A stretch of DNA of 37,583 nucleotides from a virus. Positions 15,680-25,474 of this stretch are shown piece by piece. The translations under genes and the position numbers were made by a program. The notes below the pieces were generated by a model. It was not told the DNA's origin and did no database searches. It worked only from the letters and a program-made list of their open reading frames with translations. Within the stretch, counting starts at the first letter, position 1. Each line of letters starts with the position of its first letter. The stretch lies in IMG/VR virus record IMGVR_UViG_3300029728_000029; one strand, 5' to 3'.

Positions 15680-17780
15680 ATCCCTAAACGATAGAGGATT
15701 TAGGGTAATGAACAAGTCTATAAAGTGGGACAGATATTTAAAAAATCCCGTTCTTGTAGAACAGCATATGTCATGGGAACCGCCTATCGGCAGGATAGAT
15801 GATATAAAACTCGAAAATGACGCATGGACAGGAGTTTTGGTATTCGCTTCTACCGAAAAAGGCAAGATGTATGAGAAATTATACAATGAAGGCTGTATAA
15901 GAGCCGTATCTATTGGCGGGAATGCAGTAATAGTAGAGAATGAGAGGGGAGAGAAAAAAACAAAGTCTTTTGATGTTTTTGAAGTCTCTTTAGTTACTAT
16001 TCCTTCAAATGCCAATGCGGTAAAACATGAATTGGGGCATATTCCGGTAGAATATAAATTATATTGTGATAAAAAGGAATTTATTACTTTAAGTTCTAAT
16101 TTTGAAGAATTAAATAATATGGAAGAAGAAAAAGAAAAAAAGGAAGAATTGGAGGCTAAGTCCGAAGTTCAAGAAGTCCAAGAGTCAGAAGCTCCAAAAG
16201 AAGAGCTTAAGGCTGAGGAAACAAAAAACACAGTCCTTTCGGCTTTGAAAGATTTGTTAGGTCTGAATTCAAAGAAGAAATTAGAAGATGATGATGAAGA
16301 TGAAAAAGAAGAAGACAAAGACATTAAAGAAGACGAAGAAGAGGACAAGAAGGAAGTAGAGGACACCAAAGCTAAGGACGAAAAGGAAAAATTGGAGTCT
16401 GAGGATTTGAAAAAGAAATTGCCTGAAAAAGTATCGGAAAGATTGCAGGCAAACCCTGAAGCAAGAATTTTTACAGAAAATACACAACAACCTAAAATTA
16501 TGACAGAATACAAGACTTTACATTCTTATCTTTCTTCTCAGGAAGGGAAAAATAAGATGGGTATGATGGCATTAGGCTCTGACTTGAAATATGCTCATGA
16601 GCACAAGCCTATCCCAGTTCATGACTTGCTGGATTCTTACAAAGAATTGGCGTCTATTTTGAAAAACGACCGTGATTTTATGAGCTCTTTCGGTCAAGTG
16701 AATTTATGTTTTGAAGGGACAGCTCCAAAAACTACTCCGCAACTATTGGATACTATTTTGGCTGCCGGAGACAATACCTATGATTTCTTGGCAACACCTG
16801 ATTTAGTAGCCGTACAGTGGCTGGCAATGTATTACCGCATGTTGTTCCCTATTAACACATTCGCTGATAGAATCCCGCGTATTAGTTCAGATTCAGCCGG
16901 TACGATACACCCAGAAATAAACATGACTCCTAAAGTTTATTTCGATACTTTGGTGCCTAAAGAAAAAGTGTCCGAGTATTTGTATGACGACGACCCAATC
17001 GCTATTCCTACTTATGCTTTCTCTTTAAATGCCATTGCATGGCAGCCTGGCGATGATAATCTGTTGAGATATGACAAGAGAGGCATTGGTATGGCTGAAG
17101 CTTTGAGAGTAGTATCTAACGCTCAACATAATTATATTATCCAACAGTTGGCAGAAGCTGTTAAGGAAGGTACTTTTATTCCTATGACCGGTACCGCTAC
17201 TGTAAATTCAGCAGGCATGTTCCCAGCCAATCCGGCTGCAGCAGGTAATATCAAAGATTTCACGGTAGCTGACTTGTTAAGCCTCCGCATGAAGTTTATC
17301 CAAGCTAACTTCAATCTGGATATCGAACGTCCAGAGGTAGTAATGGACGCTATCTATGCTAACCAATTGCAGTCTAACGCTACTTTTGTAAATGCGTTGA
17401 ACTTGCCGACTGAAAATATCGGTCCAATGCAGATGATGGCTTACGGCATGAACATTACACAACGTTCTATATGTGGTGTATATGATACTACTACAAGCAA
17501 AGTGGTTGACCCGCAATTATATGGAGAACCTTTAGCAGAAGGTCACAAGATAGACTCTGATTATACACCGGTTACTCTTAACACTAAGGCTTACGGTTGC
17601 GTTATCGGGTTCTTGCCTTCTCAATTCCTTATCGGTGTAGGTCGTACAAATGTATTCGTAAAACAAGAACCTACCCTTTGGGCATGGGAAATGTCTATGG
17701 ATACTCGTATGGGAGCCGGCGCAGCTCGTAAAGACGGAGTAGGAATCTATGGCGTAGCTCCAGCGGTAGCAGGTGCATAA
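15654..17780 (+). CDS. Fused prohead protease - acidic scaffold - major capsid protein (HK97 type)
   Basis: The N-terminal protease segments are NPVLVEQH....PIGRI, IRAVSIGG and EVSLVTIPSNANA. An E/K/D-rich coiled region spans about residues 150-275. The remaining ~430 aa sit in the capsid position and are followed by a strong hairpin. Confidence 0.8.
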   Translation: MVRQVLSDESLNDRGFRVMNKSIKWDRYLKNPVLVEQHMSWEPPIGRIDDIKLENDAWTGVLVFASTEKGKMYEKLYNEGCIRAVSIGGNAVIVENERGEKKTKSFDVFEVSLVTIPSNANAVKHELGHIPVEYKLYCDKKEFITLSSNFEELNNMEEEKEKKEELEAKSEVQEVQESEAPKEELKAEETKNTVLSALKDLLGLNSKKKLEDDDEDEKEEDKDIKEDEEEDKKEVEDTKAKDEKEKLESEDLKKKLPEKVSERLQANPEARIFTENTQQPKIMTEYKTLHSYLSSQEGKNKMGMMALGSDLKYAHEHKPIPVHDLLDSYKELASILKNDRDFMSSFGQVNLCFEGTAPKTTPQLLDTILAAGDNTYDFLATPDLVAVQWLAMYYRMLFPINTFADRIPRISSDSAGTIHPEINMTPKVYFDTLVPKEKVSEYLYDDDPIAIPTYAFSLNAIAWQPGDDNLLRYDKRGIGMAEALRVVSNAQHNYIIQQLAEAVKEGTFIPMTGTATVNSAGMFPANPAAAGNIKDFTVADLLSLRMKFIQANFNLDIERPEVVMDAIYANQLQSNATFVNALNLPTENIGPMQMMAYGMNITQRSICGVYDTTTSKVVDPQLYGEPLAEGHKIDSDYTPVTLNTKAYGCVIGFLPSQFLIGVGRTNVFVKQEPTLWAWEMSMDTRMGAGAARKDGVGIYGVAPAVAGA

Positions 17781-17790
17781 TATAAATAAT

Positions 17791-17815
17791 AAGCAGGGGG
17801 CAAAATCCCCTGCTT
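17791..17815 (+). terminator. Stem-loop after the capsid gene
   Basis: aagcagggg (17791-17799), loop gcaaaat, cccctgctt (17807-17815) form a 9-bp stem. There is no clear T-tract. Confidence 0.5.
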
Positions 17816-17848
17816 GAATACCAACACACAAAATAAACAATAAACAAT

Positions 17849-18229
17849 ATGGAACTTACTAATTATCAAGAAGGCTTTTTCCAGTATCTATACGCATTGG
17901 TAAAATCTCGCGGAAAAGTATACGCATGTGAAAACGGCAAAGTTCTCGGAAGGGAAATAGATGCCAGAAGACAAGCACATGATTACTTTGAACGGAGGAA
18001 ATATAAATTATTGTGGGCGGAAATTACGATGGATAACCTGCCTCTGAACAATGAGGAATTTAAAAATGTGTTAGAATCATATAACCCGCCAGAGCCTAAC
18101 AATTCCGCTAAGAACAAGAAAGAACCACTTAAAATGGATAGTTCTATTGAAAGCGAATTCAATGCGTTAAAAGAGGCTCGGAAAAACTCAGAAAAGAAAA
18201 CAAAAGGTAGACCACCTAAAGAAGAATAA
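17849..18229 (+). CDS. Hypothetical protein between capsid and tail genes
   Basis: A 126-aa ORF with a basic C-terminus (KKTKGRPPKEE). Confidence 0.55.
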   Translation: MELTNYQEGFFQYLYALVKSRGKVYACENGKVLGREIDARRQAHDYFERRKYKLLWAEITMDNLPLNNEEFKNVLESYNPPEPNNSAKNKKEPLKMDSSIESEFNALKEARKNSEKKTKGRPPKEE

Positions 18230-18231
18230 TT

Positions 18232-19509
18232 ATGGCAACAACAGGAATACATATTTCATTAAAAGATACGTCTATTGGGAGTAACCAAGTAGACGAATCT
18301 ATTTCTTGTTTGGTTGTTGATGTGGCAGGTGCGGAATCTAATTTACCTGAAGACTTGGAGTTAAACACCCCTTATATGATAACCTCGTTATCAGCAGCCG
18401 AAGGGTTAGGGATAACTTCAGAATGGGCGGAAGGTGACGGAGCGAAGACTATGCTATACCAACACATCAGCGAGTTTTACGGTGCAGCTTCGACAGGGAC
18501 TAAGTTATGGATTGTCCTCGTTCAAACGACGGCAAGCATAAACTTCTCTACTGAAAGTTTCTATACAGCATTACAGCCGGTAATATTCAAGACTATCTCA
18601 GGTAGTTATAAGAACAGACCTCGTGCAATAGGATTCTGCCAATCTAAAGGGACATTGCCCGCTCCTGAATATGGTGACGGCGTGAACAATGAGACAGACC
18701 AAGAAGCACTCAATCAGATACAGACATTCTTGACTAACATGTTTGAATTGGGCATCAGAATGGTTGGTGTATTTGACGGAGCGTATATCAAGCAGGGGAC
18801 TTTCAGCAGCGCAACAGAGATAGCTAAACTTATGGATTGCTCGGCTATGAGTTATCCAAGTGTAGCATATTGCGTTACCGGTTCTTCTCCTAACGGGTTG
18901 TCTTCTGTAGGGCGTGTATTGGGAGTAAGAGCGAGCCGGAGTATAGCTGCATCTATCGGGAATGTAGCTTTGGGTTCTGTAGCTACGGAAGAATATTTTA
19001 CGGATAGTGATTTGGCTTCTGTATCCAGCAATCCAAAAACTGGTACACCCGTAAACGGATATGACGTCACTCTCGCGAATCTGGTAGCCCCATTAGGATA
19101 TATATTTACCCGTAACAGGTTAGGTATAGAGGGGTTATATTACAACGACGGGGCGACATGCAACGCCACTACTATGGCATTAAACAAGATAGAAAGAGTT
19201 GCTGTCGGCAATGCAGTTTGCGATGATGCCCAACAGTTCCTTACCTATTATATCAACCAGAATATCCCTTGTGATTCTTCAGGTCAGATATTACAGGCTT
19301 TTAAGAGTTCAGCTATATCACAATTTACAGCCCAATATATCACTCCGAGAATAAACGCTGGGCAAGCTGGGGCGATAGATTTCGACTTCAAGGCTAAGGA
19401 TGATAATTACATACAATCCGAAGCTTTGGAAGTGACTATAAGTATAGTACCGAACCCTGCAATGCGTGAAGCCTTTGTAACAACATTCTTTGTAACTTCA
19501 ATTTCTTAA
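18232..19509 (+). CDS. Putative tail sheath protein
   Basis: The 425-aa ORF is followed in order by a 159-aa tube-sized ORF, the frameshifted chaperone pair and the tape measure. A gpV/gpD/gpJ-like baseplate lies downstream. The call rests on synteny only. Confidence 0.5.
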   Translation: MATTGIHISLKDTSIGSNQVDESISCLVVDVAGAESNLPEDLELNTPYMITSLSAAEGLGITSEWAEGDGAKTMLYQHISEFYGAASTGTKLWIVLVQTTASINFSTESFYTALQPVIFKTISGSYKNRPRAIGFCQSKGTLPAPEYGDGVNNETDQEALNQIQTFLTNMFELGIRMVGVFDGAYIKQGTFSSATEIAKLMDCSAMSYPSVAYCVTGSSPNGLSSVGRVLGVRASRSIAASIGNVALGSVATEEYFTDSDLASVSSNPKTGTPVNGYDVTLANLVAPLGYIFTRNRLGIEGLYYNDGATCNATTMALNKIERVAVGNAVCDDAQQFLTYYINQNIPCDSSGQILQAFKSSAISQFTAQYITPRINAGQAGAIDFDFKAKDDNYIQSEALEVTISIVPNPAMREAFVTTFFVTSIS

Positions 19510-19513
19510 AATT

Positions 19514-19993
19514 ATGGCAGACCAATCGGGACTAATAATATCAAGTGCTGACGTCCAAGTTTGGGTAAACTTAGGAAATGGAGCAATTATACAATTGTTC
19601 ACAGCGCAGAATTTTTCGGGAAGTATAGAAAAGTCAGTAAATGAGATTTACGCAATAAGTTCTGAAACTCCTATTTCCGTAAAAGGTATAAACAAAGCCT
19701 ATTCAGGTTCTTTTGTTATACAATCAGGAGAATGGAACAGGTTAATAAACAGTTATAACGGGATAGCAACTACGTTGAGACCGTCATTAACTGATATTCC
19801 TGAAGGGCTTACCGTTACTATCATGTTCAGCAACAGGGCGGATTTAACCCCGACTGATACGACTTTGACCTATACAGGAGCACAATTTAGCAATGATTCT
19901 TTCGAGGTCAATGCTAATGACCCTCAGACTTTAGTAACCTTGAATTTCAGGGCAACAGAACTTACAAGACAAGTTACACCAATAGCTATTTAA
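19514..19993 (+). CDS. Putative tail tube protein
   Basis: A 159-aa ORF whose position between sheath and chaperones fits a tube protein. Confidence 0.5.
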   Translation: MADQSGLIISSADVQVWVNLGNGAIIQLFTAQNFSGSIEKSVNEIYAISSETPISVKGINKAYSGSFVIQSGEWNRLINSYNGIATTLRPSLTDIPEGLTVTIMFSNRADLTPTDTTLTYTGAQFSNDSFEVNANDPQTLVTLNFRATELTRQVTPIAI

Positions 19994-19995
19994 TC

Positions 19996-20027
19996 AGATA
20001 GGGGATTATTCCCCTATCTCCTTTTTA
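19996..20027 (+). terminator. Intrinsic terminator-like hairpin after the tube gene
   Basis: agatagggg (19996-20004), loop attatt, cccctatct (20011-20019), then cctttttac. Confidence 0.6.
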
Positions 20028-20046
20028 CATTTAAAACTATCAACAC

Positions 20047-20412
20047 ATGAGCACATTTAAAGTTTCAAATTTCACATTTGTAGAAAAATTACCGGACAAA
20101 AAAGGGATATTCGAGGAAATAGAAGTAACAGAAGACGTGGAATTAAGACATGCAGAGCGTACACGTTTGGAAGATTCAATTTTCATTACTTCTTTGTTGG
20201 ATAATTCGGATACGACGACAGAGAGAAAGATAAACGACGCAATAAAATACGTTAATATATTTGTCGTTGACAAGACTTTAGCAAAAAGGATTTCAAGTGA
20301 CGGGATTGCATGTCTGTCTCTGTTCTCTTCAGAACAAGTACAGGAGGATTTGATAAATTTTATCAATCGGGCAGGGAAAACCCTAAATATGCAGATGCCC
20401 GAGCAGAAATAG
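20047..20412 (+). CDS. Tail assembly chaperone (G-like, zero-frame product)
   Basis: A 121-aa ORF directly upstream of the tape measure. It overlaps a -1 frame ORF by 103 nt. Confidence 0.65.
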   Translation: MSTFKVSNFTFVEKLPDKKGIFEEIEVTEDVELRHAERTRLEDSIFITSLLDNSDTTTERKINDAIKYVNIFVVDKTLAKRISSDGIACLSLFSSEQVQEDLINFINRAGKTLNMQMPEQK

Positions 20413-20609
20413 AATATAAATTAACACAATATAGCAAGACAGACCCGCTTTTGATAAAAAAAGCATTAGTATCACATTTTTTCCATATTCCTATTAATAA
20501 GGTAACGGAATCGTTAACTTTGGAAGAGATAGAGAAGTATCATTGTCTTGCATTATGGATAATGGACAATGTAAATTTTGCACCATTTAAAATTGACAAA
20601 AAGAAATAA
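20310..20609 (+). CDS. -1 frame extension of the tail assembly chaperone (GT-like fusion expected)
   Basis: 20310 - 20047 = 263, which is 2 mod 3, so this ORF is in the -1 frame relative to the upstream ORF. It ends 3 nt before the tape-measure ATG. Confidence 0.6.
   Translation: MSVSVLFRTSTGGFDKFYQSGRENPKYADARAEIEYKLTQYSKTDPLLIKKALVSHFFHIPINKVTESLTLEEIEKYHCLALWIMDNVNFAPFKIDKKK
20355..20361 (+). promoter_or_regulatory. Candidate -1 slippery heptamer, A AAT TTT
   Basis: AAATTTT is in the correct X XXY YYZ phase. The zero-frame codons are AAT (20356-58) and TTT (20359-61), and the -1 frame is open here (..DKFYQ..). Confidence 0.5.
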
Positions 20610-20612
20610 GCT

Positions 20613-22499
20613 ATGCCTAATATCTATCAAATAGAGCTTAATCTAAAGGGAGACCTAAATGCTAAACTGGACGACGCTATAAAGAAAGCCCAGAACTTAA
20701 AAAGTATAACAAACAATATAGGTGGTAGGGGAGGTAGCTTTAATAATCCGGCAGGAGGGAGAAGATATAACCCTTATCCTCATATCCCAGAAGAACGCAT
20801 GAATTTATGGCGGAGGATGAATTATGCTGCATATCGTTATCCGTTTGCAAATAATCGCCATTTACTAAGGAATATAGATAGATATTATCAGGCAAGACAA
20901 AGATTTTCAAATAATTTTATTGCAAATTCTTTTACTTATTCAGGTTGGCAAAGGAATTTAGGGAACTTTGCTAACCTGATAGGTTCTGTAGGTAAAGCTG
21001 CATTACAGGCTATTCCGGCATTAAAATCTGTCATTGGGACGTTAGGAGGGATTGTCGGGTTAAAAGCGGTGTCTATAGCCGGAGGCGGATTATTGTACCG
21101 TTGGGGTAGAAATAATCTCATGAGCGAACAAAGCTCACAAGCGATATCGAATGTCTCACAATATAATATGGCAAGATTAGCACAAGGGAGCGGATATAAT
21201 GAGATGTTCCGTAATGCTACAGACATTGTTACGCAAACAGGAGGTTCCAGAGCCGGATTAGTATCTTTGATGAATACAATGACGGGATTAACTATAGGAG
21301 ATACAAAATTATCGTCAAGAGATGCCCAATGGTTCGGACAATTAGCAGCTAAGATTTCTGCTGTTTCAGGCAGAGATTTGCAGATAGTCGGGTTGAACTT
21401 GCAACAATTACTTACTACGTGGCAAGGTATAGACATGAAAGAACTTTTCAAGTCAGTGCCTTTAATCGAGAAGTATGTTTTTGACCTTAGAGCGCAATCA
21501 AAGAATAAAGGAGAAGATATATATTCATTTATTAGAGAAAATCCCCAAGCTTTAATAAAGGCATTTGAAAAATTTATAGGACAATTTGAATTGCCCAGAG
21601 CGGGAGTATTGAAAGGTCGTGTTCAATTATCTGAAGAAAATTTAGAGGCTGATAAATTAGAGTATTTAGAAGACTTTTATGAAGATATAGCAAACACAAG
21701 TATACATATAAACGAATCATTATCTAAGCTGTACAAGATATTCGGAGAGGGGTATGATGGTTCAATATTTCAAAAGGCTATATCTGCTTTCGATTCCTTT
21801 ATTTCCGGTATTATAGACGTAGGAACTAAAATAATAAACTGGATAAATGAACATCCTACTATTAGCTCTTTTATAGGAGGATTTAGTTCAGGCGCATTAT
21901 TGGGTTCATCTGCTGGCCCGATGGGGACTGTTCTCGGTGGGCTTGCATCAGGGACTACGGCTGCATTGTGGTCTAAAGTGCCAGAATATAATTTGACGAA
22001 AGAGCAAGCGATTAGTAAGTTAAAAGGGACTATTCTTAGGACTAATTATATATATAGAGAGCCTTCAGATGATAAATTATATAAATCCGGTTATTTAACA
22101 TCAGCTGTAAAAGATATAAAATTAAGTGCTGATGATATAGAAACTCTTTTCAATAATCTTAATAATTTAGGGACAAAGGAGGCAAAAGATTTAATAAAGA
22201 GATTAAGATATTATACCCCTGATTTGACAGCGTTATCACGGGCATTTGAATTAACTTCAAAAGAGTTTATTCCTGCTCCTACAGTATCTCCAGTTAAAGA
22301 TGAGACGGGTCGTATGAAAGATTTATCAAAGGGAAGTAAATCTCTGATTATAAATTTCAACAAGTCCATAGTAGACATGGACAACCACATAAATACTACC
22401 GACCCGTCAACAATAATGAGGGAAATAGAGGATTATGTGACACAGGCAATAGCGAGAGGTTTAAATATAGCGTTTAACCAAGCAACACCGTTAACATGA
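20613..22499 (+). CDS. Tape measure protein
   Basis: The ORF is 628 aa, follows the chaperone pair, and contains Gly-rich hydrophobic segments (GGIVGLKAVSIAGGGLLY and GGFSSGALLGSSAGPMGTVLGGLASG). Confidence 0.8.
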   Translation: MPNIYQIELNLKGDLNAKLDDAIKKAQNLKSITNNIGGRGGSFNNPAGGRRYNPYPHIPEERMNLWRRMNYAAYRYPFANNRHLLRNIDRYYQARQRFSNNFIANSFTYSGWQRNLGNFANLIGSVGKAALQAIPALKSVIGTLGGIVGLKAVSIAGGGLLYRWGRNNLMSEQSSQAISNVSQYNMARLAQGSGYNEMFRNATDIVTQTGGSRAGLVSLMNTMTGLTIGDTKLSSRDAQWFGQLAAKISAVSGRDLQIVGLNLQQLLTTWQGIDMKELFKSVPLIEKYVFDLRAQSKNKGEDIYSFIRENPQALIKAFEKFIGQFELPRAGVLKGRVQLSEENLEADKLEYLEDFYEDIANTSIHINESLSKLYKIFGEGYDGSIFQKAISAFDSFISGIIDVGTKIINWINEHPTISSFIGGFSSGALLGSSAGPMGTVLGGLASGTTAALWSKVPEYNLTKEQAISKLKGTILRTNYIYREPSDDKLYKSGYLTSAVKDIKLSADDIETLFNNLNNLGTKEAKDLIKRLRYYTPDLTALSRAFELTSKEFIPAPTVSPVKDETGRMKDLSKGSKSLIINFNKSIVDMDNHINTTDPSTIMREIEDYVTQAIARGLNIAFNQATPLT

Positions 22500-23278
22500 C
22501 AAAAGAGAATGATTATAAAACGAGTTCAGGGTCTGAATTACAAGATAAATTCAGAAATACCGTATCTATTCCACAAAACATAAGGGGAGAGCTTGCAAAA
22601 GCGGGGGATACGATAAGAGATGCGGAGCAAACGGCAGCTACAGCATTAGCCCTTACATTTTCTTCTGTAGGAATCGTAAAATCAGTGATACCGATATCAT
22701 CAGAAGGAGGTTATATCAATGGGATAGGGAATAAGGTTAAGAGTTCATTGATAAACCAAAAAAACAGATATTCCGCTTCAAGCGCGAACGCGAAGGACAA
22801 TCTTATTTCCGTGACAAATGAGAATGACTATATTTTCAGGATAAGCGATTATTATTTGCCGTTATCTTACAGCTTATCTATAAACGCATCAAAAAATATT
22901 GTCAAAAGCCAATTGGTAGACGGGTCAGCAATATATGAAATGACTTCATACAACCCCGCAGAGATAATATTAAGAATAAAACTTGAAAGAAAGCCTATAA
23001 ACGACAATGGGAGGTATGACCCTATGTCTTTCCGGCAGAATCAAGGCGCAATGGCTGGCGATATAGTCAAATTTGCGACAGTTATAAATGATTTGTATAA
23101 AAACAAATCGGTATTCGCCATATATAATAATTTCACAAATAAAGAGGTAGGGATACAGTTCGTCGTATTGGCGAGATATGCCATAGACCCACAAGAAGGG
23201 TCTACAGTTACCAATATTACCCTTAATTTGCTTGAAGTAGATTTAACGCGTCAAACATTATTTGTAGAAAAACAATGA
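22496..23278 (+). CDS. Tail / baseplate-proximal protein
   Basis: A 260-aa ORF with a 4-nt overlap with the tape measure gene. Called on synteny only. Confidence 0.4.
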   Translation: MTKENDYKTSSGSELQDKFRNTVSIPQNIRGELAKAGDTIRDAEQTAATALALTFSSVGIVKSVIPISSEGGYINGIGNKVKSSLINQKNRYSASSANAKDNLISVTNENDYIFRISDYYLPLSYSLSINASKNIVKSQLVDGSAIYEMTSYNPAEIILRIKLERKPINDNGRYDPMSFRQNQGAMAGDIVKFATVINDLYKNKSVFAIYNNFTNKEVGIQFVVLARYAIDPQEGSTVTNITLNLLEVDLTRQTLFVEKQ

Positions 23279-24393
23279 AATGTTATTGTAATTTTTTCAG
23301 GTGTGGCAATGAAGTCTGGATAGAAGGGAAAAAGATATTGAACTTTGTTTCTTTCGTATCCGAAAACACCGTTATGAAGCTGGCGGAAACAGCGGAAATA
23401 ACGTTGCCTTTTTATTCTATTGCCTATTTGAAAGGAGATGAAATAATTACTGGTTCTAAAATTGATGTAGAAGGGCTTAATATAAAAATAGGGGCTCATA
23501 TACAAGTATATGCCTATTACCATAATATCAATTACGGGGAACAGGTAAACATAAATTTCGAGAATGACCCAGAAGCGGGGAAAATGCTCGTATTTGACGG
23601 GTTTATAAAGAAAATAAAATCAGGGTTCCCGACTACTCTTGTATGTGAGGACAAATGTTTTATTTTGAGATTTGGAGTCGTAAATAAGGATTGGACACAA
23701 GAGACCTCGATATATGAAGGGTTGAAAGTCTGTTGCGATGTAGGAAATGAGGCATTCAAGAAATACCGTTCAGATAACAATCTTACAGGGGATTATGAAG
23801 AAATTTCCGTAGCCGATTATACCGCTACTTCGACATTCAACGAAAAATTATGGCAGGGAGTCAGCCCCTTTGAAGCAGCACAGATGTTAATGCGTAAATT
23901 CGGCATTTATACGGGCATTGACCCAGAAGGGAAATTATTTATGGGAACGGGATTAAAATACACCCAGAAAAAAACCATAAAATTAGACACTTCTGTAAAT
24001 GTAATAGAGCGAGATGTATCTCCTAAAAACGGGAAATTCGAGAATTATTATGTTACGGTAAATGGTTATGTAAACGGTAAGCGTACGACAATAAATGTAG
24101 GGAATAAAGGGGATGGCAGACCTATCCGATTGAATTGCAGCTCTATACAGACACGAGAAGGGTTGGAAGAATTCGCAAATAATGCGTATCAAGGATTAAA
24201 GGGGGAATATAATAGCGGAACAATAACGACGTTGTTATATCCTCGCATAGATTTGTTCGACTATGTAAATTTCACTGATACATTATTCCCTGAAAACAGC
24301 GCGAATCTGTATGTATTAGGGATAAGAAGGGAATTCAACGAAAACGGATATCATGTTTCATCAAAATTGACAAATGAAGAATGGATGTTTTAA
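23275..24393 (+). CDS. Baseplate hub protein (P2 gpD / Mu gp44 position)
   Basis: A 372-aa ORF. Its size and its order after the tape measure and before the spike fit a hub protein. The true start may be the internal MKLAETAEITLP. Confidence 0.45.
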   Translation: MKCYCNFFRCGNEVWIEGKKILNFVSFVSENTVMKLAETAEITLPFYSIAYLKGDEIITGSKIDVEGLNIKIGAHIQVYAYYHNINYGEQVNINFENDPEAGKMLVFDGFIKKIKSGFPTTLVCEDKCFILRFGVVNKDWTQETSIYEGLKVCCDVGNEAFKKYRSDNNLTGDYEEISVADYTATSTFNEKLWQGVSPFEAAQMLMRKFGIYTGIDPEGKLFMGTGLKYTQKKTIKLDTSVNVIERDVSPKNGKFENYYVTVNGYVNGKRTTINVGNKGDGRPIRLNCSSIQTREGLEEFANNAYQGLKGEYNSGTITTLLYPRIDLFDYVNFTDTLFPENSANLYVLGIRREFNENGYHVSSKLTNEEWMF

Positions 24394-25094
24394 GTTATAG
24401 AAAAAGCTCCAAGTTCGATTCTGCAATGCAGGAATTAGGGGATAATTTAAGGAACGTGTTGAAAAGCTATTCTTCAGTATCTTTAGTATATGGTGAAGTT
24501 ACTGGAGTAAATATGGAAGAGCTAACATTTGATGTCGTGTCGGACGATGATAACCAAATGTTCAATATCCCTCTTTCCATTATCCCCCATGATTCTACTT
24601 CTGTGATACAAATCCCAGAAATAGGCAGCAATTGCGTATTGGGGTTCGTGCAAGGGGATTCTTCCCTATCTTTCCCTATAAAGTTCTCTAAAGTGCAGTC
24701 AGTATCTGTACAGTTCGAGATGTTAGAAGATAGTCAAAAGCAGCTCCTTACAATGGATAAGGACGGTATAACATATACAAATACGACTGACAACGCGAAA
24801 TTAGATATAAAAGTAGGAGAAACTTCAATAGAGATGCAGGGCAAAATAGTCAAGGTAAATGGCGGGGAGAGTCCCATGATATATATCGAGAAGTTGGAAG
24901 CGAAGTTGAACGATTTTGTAAAAGCATTCAATAGCCATACTCATACCATACCAACAATAACGACATCTGTTCAGGTGGATACAACCTCTGGAAAGGGATT
25001 TGGAGAAGCTTCTAATGTAGGAGTCCCCGCACCGAGTTCAAAGGCAAAAGATTTCAATCAGGAAGATTTTCAGGACGAAACGTTTACACATTAA
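24381..25094 (+). CDS. Central spike / baseplate assembly protein V-like
   Basis: The ORF is 237 aa. YGEVTGVNMEELTFDVV suggests an OB-like N-terminus, and SHTHTIP is an HxH motif of the kind that binds iron in P2 gpV-type spike tips. Confidence 0.5.
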   Translation: MDVLSYRKSSKFDSAMQELGDNLRNVLKSYSSVSLVYGEVTGVNMEELTFDVVSDDDNQMFNIPLSIIPHDSTSVIQIPEIGSNCVLGFVQGDSSLSFPIKFSKVQSVSVQFEMLEDSQKQLLTMDKDGITYTNTTDNAKLDIKVGETSIEMQGKIVKVNGGESPMIYIEKLEAKLNDFVKAFNSHTHTIPTITTSVQVDTTSGKGFGEASNVGVPAPSSKAKDFNQEDFQDETFTH

Positions 25095-25132
25095 ATTTTT
25101 AATTATTATATTAGGGGTGAAATTTCTGTTAT

Positions 25133-25474
25133 ATGCAAGATTTTAAATTTGATATAGAAAATAATGATATCGTATTTGATACGGATATGGTTATTATAGA
25201 TTCATGTAGCGTACAGAATGGAACATTAATCTTCATGAAAAGCGTAGCCAGCATAGATAATCCAAGTATCGGAGTAGGGTTTCAGGAAGTCGCTATAAAC
25301 GTGAATCAGAACGAAGCTACAGAATTAGCTACACGAGCCGAGAATCAAATATTAAATGACGGTGGGCGTATAGCAGAAATTTCCGTACAAGAGACGGAGG
25401 AATCTGGAGTATATGAATATGAGTTGCAAGTAGTATATAATTCAGAATACAGGCAATATGGCATACAAAGTTAA
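25133..25474 (+). CDS. Small baseplate protein (gpW/gp25 position)
   Basis: A 113-aa ORF called on synteny only. Confidence 0.3.
   Translation: MQDFKFDIENNDIVFDTDMVIIDSCSVQNGTLIFMKSVASIDNPSIGVGFQEVAINVNQNEATELATRAENQILNDGGRIAEISVQETEESGVYEYELQVVYNSEYRQYGIQS

Noticed and set aside
16169-16513. Minus-strand ORFs (114 aa and 69 aa) inside the capsid fusion gene
   Set aside because: They are the antisense of the GAA/GAG/AAG-rich scaffold segment, so their S/F/L-rich low-complexity translation is an artefact.
20374-20380. GGGAAAA as the chaperone frameshift site
   Set aside because: In the zero frame it is phased GGG AAA A, so it does not satisfy X XXY YYZ. AAATTTT at 20355-20361 is correctly phased.
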